From the NCBI GenBank assembly GCA_047947175.1, contig CP170489.1, positions 1,251,654-1,283,653 of the forward strand: a stretch of 32,000 bases of DNA, in the 5' to 3' direction. This document shows, one piece after another, positions 1 through 9,439 of this stretch. Position 1 is the stretch's first letter, and the number at the start of each line of letters is the position of its first letter. Both the position numbers and the translations under genes were made by a program. Below the pieces are notes generated by a model. The model saw nothing but the letters and a program-made list of their open reading frames with translations, made no database searches and was not told where the DNA came from. Origin of the DNA: a bacterium. Its GTDB lineage: Bacteria; Pseudomonadota; Gammaproteobacteria; Pseudomonadales; Azotimanducaceae.

Positions 1-597
1 TTTGTGCTGGCTGATCTGGCTGAATTCTGCGCACAGTATGACGAAATCGAACTGGAGATCATTCCGGTCCATGGCAATCTGGATATCATGAAAGCCGATG
101 TCGATGTGGCTGTTCTCGCAACGGAGTCACCGCCGGATAACATGGTTGGCCGCCCTCTTTACCAGGTTGCAGTGGCGGCTTATGGCAGCCGCAGATACAT
201 CGACGAGCACAATGCGCTGGAAAACACTGCGGGTCTGGCATGGATCGATTGGGCGGCACGCGGCGAGGTGATGGATTTTTACGCCAGTCTGCGTGAACGA
301 TATTTTGCGCAAAGCCGGGTGCGCATCCGTTGTGATCAGGTATTCATGCAGCAGACCTGCATCCGCGTCCATATGGGAGTAGGTTTACTGCCTTGTTATT
401 TAAGTGCCGATCAGGCGCTGTGGCAGCCCGATGAGCAACTGCTGCAGTTGCCGCAGATGCCTGTACAGAAGAGTCCAACGCTGTGGCTGCTGACCCACCC
501 TGAGCTGCGCAACGCGCGCCGGGTACAGCTGCTGGTGAGTCATCTGCGGGACGTCTTTGCCAAGCGGCAGCCGTTGCTGCTGGATAAATATGTGTAG
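1..597 (+). CDS. LysR-family transcriptional regulator, C-terminal effector-binding part (5' end off-window)
   Basis: The frame is open from the window edge to the stop at 595-597. The translation (FCAQYDEIELEIIPVHGNLDIMKADVDVAV ... TLWLLTHPELRNARRVQLLV) reads like a LysR substrate-binding domain with no HTH, so the N-terminus is outside the window. It lies directly upstream of the GH78/nitrile hydratase operon. Confidence 0.7.
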   Translation, partial: FVLADLAEFCAQYDEIELEIIPVHGNLDIMKADVDVAVLATESPPDNMVGRPLYQVAVAAYGSRRYIDEHNALENTAGLAWIDWAARGEVMDFYASLRERYFAQSRVRIRCDQVFMQQTCIRVHMGVGLLPCYLSADQALWQPDEQLLQLPQMPVQKSPTLWLLTHPELRNARRVQLLVSHLRDVFAKRQPLLLDKYV

Positions 598-695
598 CGA
601 CGCATTTAAGGCATCAATCCGCGACAATTCTTGCGTGTAACGAATCGCTGGCGCAAACTTAACGTTCTATTTTCGAACGGGGAATCACAGCGACA

Positions 696-3293
696 ATGCC
701 AAGCGCTCCGCTCCGGCTTCGCTGCGAGTTCAAGCAAAACCCTCTCGCTGTGGATGTGTTGTCTCCGCGCTTTTCGTGGTGGGTGAATGATCCACGGCCC
801 GCTGAAGTACAGTCGGCCTACGAAATTCTGGTAGCCTCCAAACAAGCCCTGCTGAATCAGGGCCAGGGTGATCTGTGGCAAAGTGGACGTGTTGAAAGTC
901 ACCAGACGCTGCATGTCGAATATCGCGGCGTTCGCCTGGTTTCCGGGCAGAAAGCCTGGTGGAAAGTGCGTACCTATGACAGTGATGGTATGCCGGGCGA
1001 CTGGAGTGATCCGGCTGGTTTCGAAATGGGTCTGTTGCACGAGTCGGATTGGGGGGGCGCCTGGATAGCTGGTGCCCTGCGGGGCAGTGCAGGACGAGGG
1101 GTGCATGCTGTTTGTCTGCGGCGCGACTTTCTGATCACCCAGGCAGTGACATCAGCGCGGATTCATATTGCGGTGGCCGGTGATTTCAAACTGTTTGTTA
1201 ACGCTGTGCCGATTGCGCCGGCCGGAAGTCTTGCAAGCTGGACGGCGTTTGATGACAAAGTGTTTTACTTCAGTTTTGACGTCACCGAACAACTCCTGGC
1301 GGAACCCAACGCGGTAGCTGTGCTGCTCGGAGATGGTTATTTTGCCGGAGATCTGCCTGGAATCGGTCGCGCCCGTTATGGTGCCCGTCCTTATCTGCGC
1401 CTGTGTTTAACCGCCAACCTGGTTGATGGTACCCGTATCGTCATCAATTCTGATGAACAATGGCGGTGGGCACCGAGCCATCTGCTGGCTGCGGACATCA
1501 ACGGTGGTGAGCATGCTGATGCCAACCAGCTGCCCTCGGGTTGGACCGAACCCGGTTTTGACGATGCGCTCTGGCAACCGGTTGAAAAAATCATGTTCGA
1601 ACCGCAGCTCAAGGCCCTGCCCCACGCCTTGTTTGGTGTTACCCAGGCTTTGCGCCCGATGACCGAACCGTTGGTAACGACAGCTCGAGGGCGCAGTTGT
1701 GCGCTGTTTGATTTTGGTGATCAGATCGTCGGTCGCGTGCATCTGTCGCTCACCTGTCGGCAAAGTGATCACCTGCTGCTGACCTATTGCCTGGATAAAT
1801 CGTTCAGCTGCACCAGTGAAGACAGCTTCACGAGCGCGCCGGATGCTACCGACAGTTATGAAGGACAGTTTGCGCTGCACAGTTTTCGCTACCTCAAAGT
1901 GGAGTTTACGCCCCATCTGACCCAGGTCAGCCATGCAACCGCGTTACGCATTGCCGCACCGGAATCCAGTGCAGTCAGTGTGCGTACTGACCACGCTACA
2001 TTGAATCAGCTGTTCGAAGTGATCGAAAACAGTTTCAAGTGTGCGGCCGCCACGGTGCCCATGCACGGTGTTGGACCGGGTGAGCGTTTGCCTGACTTTG
2101 CCGCCGCGGGCACCTGGATGCCTTATTTTGCCGGCCAGGACAGAAGCCCCGCGCTGGTGCTTAAGTGGCTTGAGGACGCGTTTGCCAAGCTTGCGCCCGC
2201 CCCGCAAGGCTCGCCCGGCACGAGTCCGTTGATTCCCGCGGTAAAGGGCGCGGATGAACGATTGCCTTATGACGAATTTGCCGAGTTTGAGTGCGTGGTC
2301 GCCACGACCTGGCAGCATTACCGCCATCATGGTGATACTCAGGTTCTGAAACACGCCTATCCTCCCCTGCGGGCGATTGCGTTGAGCTACCGCCATGCCA
2401 ACACCCATCTTTTGCGTTCGCCCAGCAACACCGGTTTGTATGGGGAAGGGGTTACAAATCCCCTGGTGGCCACCTGCACCCTGTTTGACGCTTTACGTAC
2501 TCTGGCGCGTATGGCCAGCGTGCTGGCGTTACTGAGTGATCATGAGTTGTTGCAGGCGCTGGCAAGCGATGTGCGCCAGGCGTTTCGTCATCGCTATATC
2601 ACCGGCGATGGGCACCTGGCCTGTGATACGGAGTCAGCCTGTGTTGCCGCGCTGCACTTCGGTTTGCTGGAAGATGCCGAGCAACAGCGTGCTGAACAAC
2701 GTCTGGTCGAGTTGCTGCAGCAACAGAACTACCACAGCCATGCCGCGCCGCTTGTGTTACCCCATCTGTTACCCGTGTTGACGGCGGCGGAGCGGCTGGA
2801 TATTGCTTATATGGTGTTGCTGCAGACCAGTACGCCGAGCTGGCTGGCAGCGGTGCAGGCAGGTGATCGCCTGATTGCGCGCGAACCGGGCAGGCCGGAA
2901 ATGGCCAGTGTCGGGGTGTTGACCTGGTTGCTGGAATCATTGGTGGGTATCTGCCTGCAGGATGAATATGCGCCGGATATGAACGCTTATCGGGCGGTCC
3001 GCGTACGTCCACGACCTCCACTGGGCAAACAGTTTCTGGCCGGTGCGCCGGTGCAGTTTGTAGAAGGCTCGCTGCGCACGCCAATGGGTCGTTATGACGT
3101 CAGCTGGTGGATAAAAGAAGATCGCTTTGAATTGGAATTGCTGGTGCCACCAGGTTGCCAGGCGCAGGTGATCATGCCCGACGACATAGAACAGACGGTG
3201 CAAAGTGGCCACCATCGGTTCAGTATGGATTTTAATGCCGGTGGCGATGGCGTACCTACCCTGCTGGAGCTGGTGGGCGGGAGAACAGCTTAG
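696..3293 (+). CDS. Glycoside hydrolase family 78 (alpha-L-rhamnosidase)-like protein, 865 aa
   Basis: The N-terminus (LRCEFKQNPLAVDVLSPRFSWWV ... QSAYEILVAS ... LWQSGRVESHQTLHVEYRGVRLVSGQKAWWKVRTYD ... GFEMGLL ... WGGAWIAG) matches the pattern I know from the bacterial alpha-L-rhamnosidase N-terminal domain. It is a long uninterrupted ORF. Its stop (3291-3293) abuts the nthB ATG. Confidence 0.75.
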   Translation: MPSAPLRLRCEFKQNPLAVDVLSPRFSWWVNDPRPAEVQSAYEILVASKQALLNQGQGDLWQSGRVESHQTLHVEYRGVRLVSGQKAWWKVRTYDSDGMPGDWSDPAGFEMGLLHESDWGGAWIAGALRGSAGRGVHAVCLRRDFLITQAVTSARIHIAVAGDFKLFVNAVPIAPAGSLASWTAFDDKVFYFSFDVTEQLLAEPNAVAVLLGDGYFAGDLPGIGRARYGARPYLRLCLTANLVDGTRIVINSDEQWRWAPSHLLAADINGGEHADANQLPSGWTEPGFDDALWQPVEKIMFEPQLKALPHALFGVTQALRPMTEPLVTTARGRSCALFDFGDQIVGRVHLSLTCRQSDHLLLTYCLDKSFSCTSEDSFTSAPDATDSYEGQFALHSFRYLKVEFTPHLTQVSHATALRIAAPESSAVSVRTDHATLNQLFEVIENSFKCAAATVPMHGVGPGERLPDFAAAGTWMPYFAGQDRSPALVLKWLEDAFAKLAPAPQGSPGTSPLIPAVKGADERLPYDEFAEFECVVATTWQHYRHHGDTQVLKHAYPPLRAIALSYRHANTHLLRSPSNTGLYGEGVTNPLVATCTLFDALRTLARMASVLALLSDHELLQALASDVRQAFRHRYITGDGHLACDTESACVAALHFGLLEDAEQQRAEQRLVELLQQQNYHSHAAPLVLPHLLPVLTAAERLDIAYMVLLQTSTPSWLAAVQAGDRLIAREPGRPEMASVGVLTWLLESLVGICLQDEYAPDMNAYRAVRVRPRPPLGKQFLAGAPVQFVEGSLRTPMGRYDVSWWIKEDRFELELLVPPGCQAQVIMPDDIEQTVQSGHHRFSMDFNAGGDGVPTLLELVGGRTA

Positions 3294-4001
3294 ATGGACG
3301 GTATTCACGACCTTGGCGGCAAACATGGCTTTGGTGTGGTTGCGCCGGATGATCTGTCTCCGGGGTTCGCTGAGCGATGGCATGGCAGTGTGTTCGCCAT
3401 GATTAACAGCCTCGCGGCGTCGGGCGTGATGCGCAACACGGATCATTTCAGGCATGCCATAGAGCGCATCGACCCGGTCAGTTATCTCGAAGACGGTTAC
3501 TACGGGCGTTGGCTGGGCGCAGCTGAAACACTTCTGGTAGAGGCAGGTGTACTCGACCAGCAGCAGATTACCGAACGTGCCATGACATTAGGTGCGCAGG
3601 GTAGTGAGCGCATTGCCGCACGACCGCAGGCGGTTGTACAGCGCGCACAACGCGCACATCAGCAGCAACACCCGGGTAGCGGATCGCAACCTGCAACTGC
3701 GGAACGTGTCTCTTCACGGCAGGCAAAATTTTCAGTGGGCGATCGCGTGCGGACTACCCTGACACCGGTACCCGGACACACACGGTTGCCTGCATACGCC
3801 CGGGGCAGGTTGGGTACAGTGGTTGCGGTGCACGGTTGCTGGGTCTATCCAGACAGCAATGCGCATCACCAGGGTGAAGCCCCTCAGCATCTTTATACCC
3901 TCTGTTTTGATGCCCGGACGTTGTGGGGCGCTGGTGCAGACAATCTGGAAGTGTGTCTGGATCTGTTTGAACCCTATCTGCATCCGGTGGAAGGAGAGTA
4001 G
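3294..4001 (+). CDS. nthB: Nitrile hydratase beta subunit
   Basis: It starts [14 protein letters not shown], the characteristic NHase beta N-terminus. The C-terminal part (FSVGDRVR ... [14 protein letters not shown] ... YTLCFD ... LWG) is also typical. It sits in an operon with the alpha subunit. Confidence 0.9.
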   Translation: MDGIHDLGGKHGFGVVAPDDLSPGFAERWHGSVFAMINSLAASGVMRNTDHFRHAIERIDPVSYLEDGYYGRWLGAAETLLVEAGVLDQQQITERAMTLGAQGSERIAARPQAVVQRAQRAHQQQHPGSGSQPATAERVSSRQAKFSVGDRVRTTLTPVPGHTRLPAYARGRLGTVVAVHGCWVYPDSNAHHQGEAPQHLYTLCFDARTLWGAGADNLEVCLDLFEPYLHPVEGE

Positions 4002-4005
4002 CTTC

Positions 4006-4584
4006 ATGAGTCAGACAACTGCAGCCATCCGTGCTCAGGCCCTGGAAAGCCTGCTGATTGAAAAAGGGCTGCTGGATGCAGACCGGATCGACGATGTCAT
4101 CGTACGCTACAACGAGCGCGTTGGACCCATGAATGGTGCGCAACTGGTGGCGCGTGCGTGGGTGGACAACGCATTCAGGGAGAGGTTGCTCACAGACGCA
4201 ACGGCGGTTGTTAATGAGCTTGAGTTCAGCGGCGGTCAGGTAGACAAGCTTGTTGTGGTGGAAAATACAACTGACGTGCATAACGTTGTAGTGTGCACGC
4301 TGTGTTCCTGCTATCCCTGGGCGGTACTTGGATTGCCGCCAAAATGGTACAAAGACCCGGCCTATCGATCCCGGGTGGTGCGTGAACCCCGTCTGGTGCT
4401 GGAGGAATTCGGCACACATATTCCGGCGCAGAAAAAGATTCGAGTGTGGGATTCATCTGCAGAGATCCGCTACATGGTTTTGCCGGAAATGCCCTCGGGC
4501 TGGCAGGGTCGGGATGTCGATCGCCTTGCGGAGCTGGTGTCAAGAGACAGCATGATTGGCGTGACGGTGTTGGGCGAGCGCTGA
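4006..4584 (+). CDS. nthA: Nitrile hydratase alpha subunit, cobalt-type
   Basis: The internal ATG at 4006 is preceded by AAGGAGAG (3991-3998). The protein [22 protein letters not shown]... contains the metal-binding motif [10 protein letters not shown]. The Thr/Tyr variant indicates cobalt-type rather than iron-type VCSLCSCT. Confidence 0.9.
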   Translation: MSQTTAAIRAQALESLLIEKGLLDADRIDDVIVRYNERVGPMNGAQLVARAWVDNAFRERLLTDATAVVNELEFSGGQVDKLVVVENTTDVHNVVVCTLCSCYPWAVLGLPPKWYKDPAYRSRVVREPRLVLEEFGTHIPAQKKIRVWDSSAEIRYMVLPEMPSGWQGRDVDRLAELVSRDSMIGVTVLGER

Positions 4585-4585
4585 T

Positions 4586-4936
4586 ATGGCAGATCGTCAA
4601 CCCGCTCTGTTAGAGCATGTGCTGAGCGGACCCCTGCAGCCGCCTATGGCAAATGGCGAGGTTCTGTTTGAAGCACCGTGGCACGGTCGGGTGTTTGGTA
4701 TGGCGGTGGCGCTGCAGGAAGCAGGTTTTTTCAGCTGGCGCGAGTTTCAGCAGCAGCTTATCGCAGTCATCGGCCGCTGGGACCGTGAGGCCGCGCAGGT
4801 GGATCCGTACGAATACTACGATCATTTTCAAACTGCGTTGCAGCAACTCATGCTGCGAAAACGGCTGGTTTCAGCGGATGACCTGACCCATCGTGCAGCG
4901 CATCTGGCGGAACTGCCTCACGGACATGATCATTAG
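4586..4936 (+). CDS. Nitrile hydratase accessory (activator) protein, beta-subunit-homologue type
   Basis: This 116-aa ORF starts 1 nt after the nthA stop. The sequence ...NGEVLFEAPWHGRVFGMAVALQEAGFFSWREFQQQLI... resembles the small NHase activator/metallochaperone proteins that follow alpha subunits. Confidence 0.8.
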   Translation: MADRQPALLEHVLSGPLQPPMANGEVLFEAPWHGRVFGMAVALQEAGFFSWREFQQQLIAVIGRWDREAAQVDPYEYYDHFQTALQQLMLRKRLVSADDLTHRAAHLAELPHGHDH

Positions 4937-4945
4937 CACAGGCTG

Positions 4946-6013
4946 CTAGCTGTTTCTGGCGCTCAGAAAAGCCTGCACTTCGTTGAAGGTTCCGGTGTAA
5001 ATCACCCGACCTGCTTTGCCTTTCAACTGATAATCGTACATGGGGTCGTAATAGTCTTTGAGCAGCCTGTGTACCCACTGTTGATGATCGCACTTCTGTG
5101 CAAATGCCCGCTGGATCATCTCATCTATCTGCCGATACAGAAGCCCGCCTAACCTGCGGGCGATACGTTTCAACGCGCTGCGGTAATGTGCTTCGAGCTG
5201 CTCGGCGCTCTCGCCCTGGCGCAGTCTTGTATCAACGTACTCGCGAGCGATGTGCGCCACACGCTGCTCCATTGTTGCCTCCAACACCACCAGCGGTGAT
5301 TTTTTCATGCGCAGGTGCCAGCTTTCCGGCACCGCAAGACGACCGATCATGCGGCTTTCGTCTTCCAGCACCAGGCTTGCATGCGGGTGACGCAGGTAGT
5401 GTACCGCGAGGTTGTTTTCGAAGGTGGGTAAGCTGGGCTGGGGGCTTGTCTGCGCACCAAAAGCGGAGCCACGATGATTCGCCAGCCCCTCCAGATCAAT
5501 GCTGTTAGGTAGTGTGTTGAGCAGCACGGTTTTCTGCACGCCGGTTCTTCCGGCGAGCACAAACCACGGCATCTGTGCGCGTGCCGCGTTTTCCAGCACC
5601 GCCATGCAGGCCTGCCGAGCGGCTTTATAGCCACCGCTTATGCGTGGGATGGGGTAGCCGCTGGCTGCCAGCCACTGCTCGGCGATCTGCGAGCGCGCGC
5701 CACCGCGCCAGCACATCAACCGTGCATCAGGGTTCTGTCTGATATAGTGCTGCCATTGTGCCAGACGGGCATCTTTGACGGGTCCGCTGACCAGCCTGTG
5801 GCCAAGTCTGGTGGCTGCCTCCTGACCTTCGGTCTTGAAAGTCAGACCAACCTGATGACGTTCATCATCATTCAGGATGGGTACATTGAAACTGTTAGGC
5901 AGGTGGCCCTGTGTGTATTCGGCGGGTGCCCGTACATCCAGTAAAGGCGTCTGGCGGGCAAGCAGTTCAATCAGTGCATCGTGCTCAGGGTGCTTTTTCG
6001 ATGATGGTTGCAC
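4946..6013 (-). CDS. selU: tRNA 2-selenouridine synthase (rhodanese + P-loop)
   Basis: LLDVRAPAEYTQGHLPNSFNVPILNDDERHQVGLTFKTEGQEAA...CWRGGARSQIAEQWL...GGYKAARQ matches E. coli SelU/MnmH closely, and there is a P-loop-like AGRTGVQKT. The maximal ORF reaches 6139 but would overlap the upstream gene by 155 nt. A GTG at 6013 gives an N-terminus of SelU-like length. The start is uncertain. Confidence 0.8.
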   Translation of the reverse strand: MQPSSKKHPEHDALIELLARQTPLLDVRAPAEYTQGHLPNSFNVPILNDDERHQVGLTFKTEGQEAATRLGHRLVSGPVKDARLAQWQHYIRQNPDARLMCWRGGARSQIAEQWLAASGYPIPRISGGYKAARQACMAVLENAARAQMPWFVLAGRTGVQKTVLLNTLPNSIDLEGLANHRGSAFGAQTSPQPSLPTFENNLAVHYLRHPHASLVLEDESRMIGRLAVPESWHLRMKKSPLVVLEATMEQRVAHIAREYVDTRLRQGESAEQLEAHYRSALKRIARRLGGLLYRQIDEMIQRAFAQKCDHQQWVHRLLKDYYDPMYDYQLKGKAGRVIYTGTFNEVQAFLSARNS

Positions 6014-7664
6014 CGGCTTCAAATTTCTCAAGATGGGTTTTGAGTATACCGATGACGTCGTCTCTTTGTTGGTTTGTTGCTGTTTCAATAGCAACGTTCT
6101 GCAGCCGGATCGCCTCTGCAAAGTCGCCGTTAGCGGCATGAGCGGCGGCCCAGGTGTCGATGTACTCCGGTCGTTGCGCGGCTTCTGCGTTTTTGCTCAT
6201 GAGGTTGTCCATGATGCGTTTTGCATAGCTGCTGCGTTGCAGTCCTTCAATGTCAGATACGGCCAGCGTCCAGGCAACTTCGTTAACAATGTCACCGTCT
6301 TCCGGGTTGGCTTTAACTGCCTTTTTATACCAGTTCACGGCGCGGCGGTTAGAGGCTTTCTGCCCCAGTCCGCGCGCATGCAGGTTGCCAAGGAGCACCA
6401 TGGCTTCGGTATTGTCCTCGGCAGCCAGCTTTTCCAGCCAGCCATGAATATTCGCAGCCGCGCTGAAGGTTTGTGTTTCTTCATGGGCGCTGGTCAAAAA
6501 ACGCCCGTAGCTGAGAATGGCGCGGGTATCGTTCAGTGCTGCTGCTCTGGCGAAGTACTGATCAGCCTTGACCAGATCCTGTTCGACTTCCCGGCCGATG
6601 CTGAACAGGTGGCCGAGATACAGCAGAGACTCCGGGTGTTGCAGGTCAGCGGCACGGTGCAGCAGAGGTAGCGCTGCTGCGCGGTTTTGTTCGCCGTAGA
6701 CATCATTGATGTACAGATTGGCCACGGTGTACATGGAATCCGTAGATCCCAGGGCGATCGCGTGCAGATGATTTTCCAGCGAACGTTCGCGCAGTTCCTT
6801 TTTGATTGCCGGATCTTCGCTGTCTTCTGCTTCGCTCCAGTAAATGGTTGCGAGCAGTGCATTGGCCACCACGTTTTCAGAACGTGCGGCCACTTCCAGC
6901 CATCCCGCAGCGTCTTCATATTTCTGTACCGAGGCGAGATAGCGACCTATCGCGGTTTGCGCGGCGCTGTCCATCTGCGCGGCCAGCAGGCGGATGAGCG
7001 TCCACGGGTTGTCGCCCGCAGACTGTGAGTGGTCGGCGGGCACATCTGCGTTTTGCTCACTGCCGTCTTCTAAACCATTCAGCAATGGGCTGATGTCGAA
7101 AAATTCTCTGTGCAACGGCCCGTTTTGCGGGCGGGACACAAGCTGGTAGCCAAATGCCATGATGGCGTTGCTCTGATAGATGGCGCCCACGGCAGAGCGT
7201 TCGTTGAGGCGTGCCAGGGTGTGACCGTCGTAGAGGGTCAGGGCCTTGTACGGTTTGCTGCGCGTCCCATCCGCGTCAGCGCGCATTGCTGCGATCAGTT
7301 CTGACAGAGCCTGTTCGTGTACCGCCTTTGCATCGATGGAGTCGACGTGATCATAAAATTCTCGCATGGCGAAGTGCCCGGTGAGGCTGCCGTTGTAGAT
7401 ATCGAGAATGGCTGAGCCAAGACTGCCGAGTTTCAGCGGCTGGTCCGCCGCCAGTGCCAGCACCTGCTGCTCAAGCTCCAGCAGACGTTGCAGCCGGTCG
7501 GGAAAATCCTGGGCCAGTAGAAAACGCTGCTGTGCGTCGGTTAATGTCTGTTTGGCCGCTTGCTCGCCAGATTCACTGCTGCTGTTGAGCGCGGCAGTTG
7601 TGGGTGTGGCACTCTGACACCCAAGGCTCAGGGCAACGGCAGCCAGTATAATCAGTGTTCGCAT
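5985..7664 (-). CDS. Sel1/TPR-repeat lipoprotein, 559 aa
   Basis: The N-terminal signal has a lipobox (MRTLIILAAVALSLGC). There are several Sel1-like repeats (e.g. LLYLGHLFSIGREVEQDLVKADQYFARAA and MVLLGNLHARGLGQKASNRRAVNWYKKAV). Confidence 0.75.
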   Translation of the reverse strand: MRTLIILAAVALSLGCQSATPTTAALNSSSESGEQAAKQTLTDAQQRFLLAQDFPDRLQRLLELEQQVLALAADQPLKLGSLGSAILDIYNGSLTGHFAMREFYDHVDSIDAKAVHEQALSELIAAMRADADGTRSKPYKALTLYDGHTLARLNERSAVGAIYQSNAIMAFGYQLVSRPQNGPLHREFFDISPLLNGLEDGSEQNADVPADHSQSAGDNPWTLIRLLAAQMDSAAQTAIGRYLASVQKYEDAAGWLEVAARSENVVANALLATIYWSEAEDSEDPAIKKELRERSLENHLHAIALGSTDSMYTVANLYINDVYGEQNRAAALPLLHRAADLQHPESLLYLGHLFSIGREVEQDLVKADQYFARAAALNDTRAILSYGRFLTSAHEETQTFSAAANIHGWLEKLAAEDNTEAMVLLGNLHARGLGQKASNRRAVNWYKKAVKANPEDGDIVNEVAWTLAVSDIEGLQRSSYAKRIMDNLMSKNAEAAQRPEYIDTWAAAHAANGDFAEAIRLQNVAIETATNQQRDDVIGILKTHLEKFEAGATIIEKAP

Positions 7665-7834
7665 GTGGTTGTTATAGCATCCGCGTTGGGGGGTGTGAAT
7701 GTTGAAGGTGAATTAATGTGTCAAACAGCATGTAATGTTGGACAACAAATGTCGGGATTCGTTTGTACTGACCGGGCGAATCGCTACACTTGCGTTGGTA
7801 TGATCACAGGATTGAATTCAATCAGGAGCTTATC

Positions 7835-8497
7835 ATGGGCTTAGGTGCAAAACTTTTAATGCCATCAGAACAACAGGCGCTGCCTGGTCGTTCTACCGCG
7901 ATGCCGGTACCTGCGCAGCATTTTGTTTCCGGTCGACCTCTGCAGCCACCGTTTCCCGACGGTATGCAGCAGATACAGTTTGGCATGGGATGTTTCTGGG
8001 GGGCAGAGCGGCGCTTCTGGCAGGCACCGGGCGTCTATGTCACCGCGGTAGGATATTCCGGCGGTTACACACCTAACCCCACTTACGAAGAGGTGTGTAG
8101 CGGGGCAACCGGCCACAGTGAGACCGTGCTGGTGGTTTTTGATCCCGCGGAAACATCACTGGCAGCCCTTCTCAAGCTGTTCTGGGAGAGTCATGATCCA
8201 ACACAGGGTATGCGTCAGGGGAATGATCTGGGAACTCAGTACCGTTCCGTTATTTATACCTATTCACAGGCTCAGGCGGATGCTGTTGAAACGTCAAGGG
8301 CAGCTTACCAGGCGGCGCTGACCGCGGCCGGGTTCGGCGAAATCACAACTGAAATAAAAGCGGCGCCGGCTTTTTATTACGCGGAGCACTATCATCAGCA
8401 GTATCTGGCCAAGGTACCCAACGGTTATTGTGGGCTGAATGGCACCGGTGTGGGCTGTGACCTGCCGACGCTGGCCACGCTCGAGGCAGACGGCTAA
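7835..8497 (+). CDS. msrA: Peptide-methionine (S)-S-oxide reductase
   Basis: [25 protein letters not shown]...[50 protein letters not shown] is collinear with E. coli MsrA. The ATG at 7835 is preceded by CAGGAG (7822-7827). Confidence 0.92.
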   Translation: MGLGAKLLMPSEQQALPGRSTAMPVPAQHFVSGRPLQPPFPDGMQQIQFGMGCFWGAERRFWQAPGVYVTAVGYSGGYTPNPTYEEVCSGATGHSETVLVVFDPAETSLAALLKLFWESHDPTQGMRQGNDLGTQYRSVIYTYSQAQADAVETSRAAYQAALTAAGFGEITTEIKAAPAFYYAEHYHQQYLAKVPNGYCGLNGTGVGCDLPTLATLEADG

Positions 8498-8688
8498 CTG
8501 ATTTTTGTTCTTGTCATCTGGCAACGCTCACAGCGCTCAATGCTGATGAGCTTGCCCTGTTTGACGTCGAACTGTTTTTTATCGGAAAACACCCATTTGT
8601 GGAACCCGCTTTTACACAGCGTCGTATGTTTGCCCCGGTTTTTGCGTTGCAGTTTCCTGAACTTGTTGAGATCGGTGGGTTCGGTCAT
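8494..8688 (-). CDS. Small hypothetical protein (64 aa, basic, Cys-containing)
   Basis: Internal ATG of the 8494-8826 ORF. The product [34 protein letters not shown]...[14 protein letters not shown] has a CxxC near the C-terminus. I do not recognise a family and the RBS is weak. Confidence 0.35.
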   Translation of the reverse strand: MTEPTDLNKFRKLQRKNRGKHTTLCKSGFHKWVFSDKKQFDVKQGKLISIERCERCQMTRTKIS

Positions 8689-8788
8689 GTTGCTGCTCTG
8701 TGAGAAGGTACAGTTTACCCTGCTTGCCTGTGTATTTGCATGGACTTGCGTATACACTGCCCGCCGGTAAACAAAGGGTTGAACCATC

Positions 8789-9430
8789 ATGCAGCCGCCT
8801 TCGACGCGTGCCACGATCAAACGCAACGCGAAACGCGCTCAGTACGATACTGAAGTGTTGAAAAACATTCTTGATTCCCAACAGATATGTCAAGTGGCGT
8901 TTGTCGAAAATGGCGAACCTCGCCTCATTCCCACACTGTATTTCTGCGATGAAAACTACCTCTATCTGCACGGTAATCGACAAAGCGCGCTGCTTAAACA
9001 CATGGCCGCTGGTGGTGAGGTGTGTATCAACGTCATGTTGGTCGATGGGTTTGTGGTTGCGCGCAGTGGGTTTAATTGTTCCATGAACTATCGGTCTGTG
9101 ACTGTGTTCGGCAAAGGAGAAGCTGTAAACGGCACGTTGCACCGCGAAGCACTGGATCGGTTTGTCGCGGTCCTCCTGCCCGGCCACGAAAAAGCGGTAC
9201 GCGCGCCTACAGCCCAGGAACTTGCAGCCACCGCCGTGGTGCGGGTCAGCCTGGCTGAAATGGCAGGTAAAATCCGCGACGGGGATCCTGTTGACGATGC
9301 CACGGATAAAGACAGCGCAGTCTGGGCGGGTATCATTCCGTTACGCTTGCAGGCGGGTGCAGCGATACCGTCGGCGGACCTCAAAGCAGGTATTGAGTTA
9401 CCCGAATATCTACAGCAGTTCAAGGTTTAA
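8789..9430 (+). CDS. Pyridoxamine 5'-phosphate oxidase-family (FMN-binding split-barrel) protein
   Basis: ...RAQYDTEVLKNILDSQQICQVAFVENGEPRLIPTLYFCDENYLYLHGNRQSALLKHM...NYRSVTVFGKGEAV resembles the PNPOx-like / NimA-like flavoprotein family. Confidence 0.78.
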   Translation: MQPPSTRATIKRNAKRAQYDTEVLKNILDSQQICQVAFVENGEPRLIPTLYFCDENYLYLHGNRQSALLKHMAAGGEVCINVMLVDGFVVARSGFNCSMNYRSVTVFGKGEAVNGTLHREALDRFVAVLLPGHEKAVRAPTAQELAATAVVRVSLAEMAGKIRDGDPVDDATDKDSAVWAGIIPLRLQAGAAIPSADLKAGIELPEYLQQFKV

Positions 9431-9439
9431 GGGCATCTG

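Noticed and set aside
6014-6139. N-terminal extensions of tracked ORFs: selU to 6139, the NUDIX gene to 11936, csy2 to 21056, msrA from 7790, nthA from 3823 and the small ORF to 8826.
   Set aside because: The extensions overlap neighbouring genes heavily or lack homology to the known N-termini. Internal starts give canonical protein lengths, and several have RBS matches or start/stop overlap with the preceding gene.
5877-6671. Long ORFs antisense to confident genes. Examples are 5877-6671 (+), 10818-11540 (+), 11975-12490 (-), 28848-29321 (+), 1407-1934 (-), 2937-3455 (-) and 3754-4419 (-).
   Set aside because: They lie fully inside and opposite to ORFs with clear family signatures. They have Arg/Pro/Gly-rich low-complexity translations, typical of shadow frames in GC-rich DNA.
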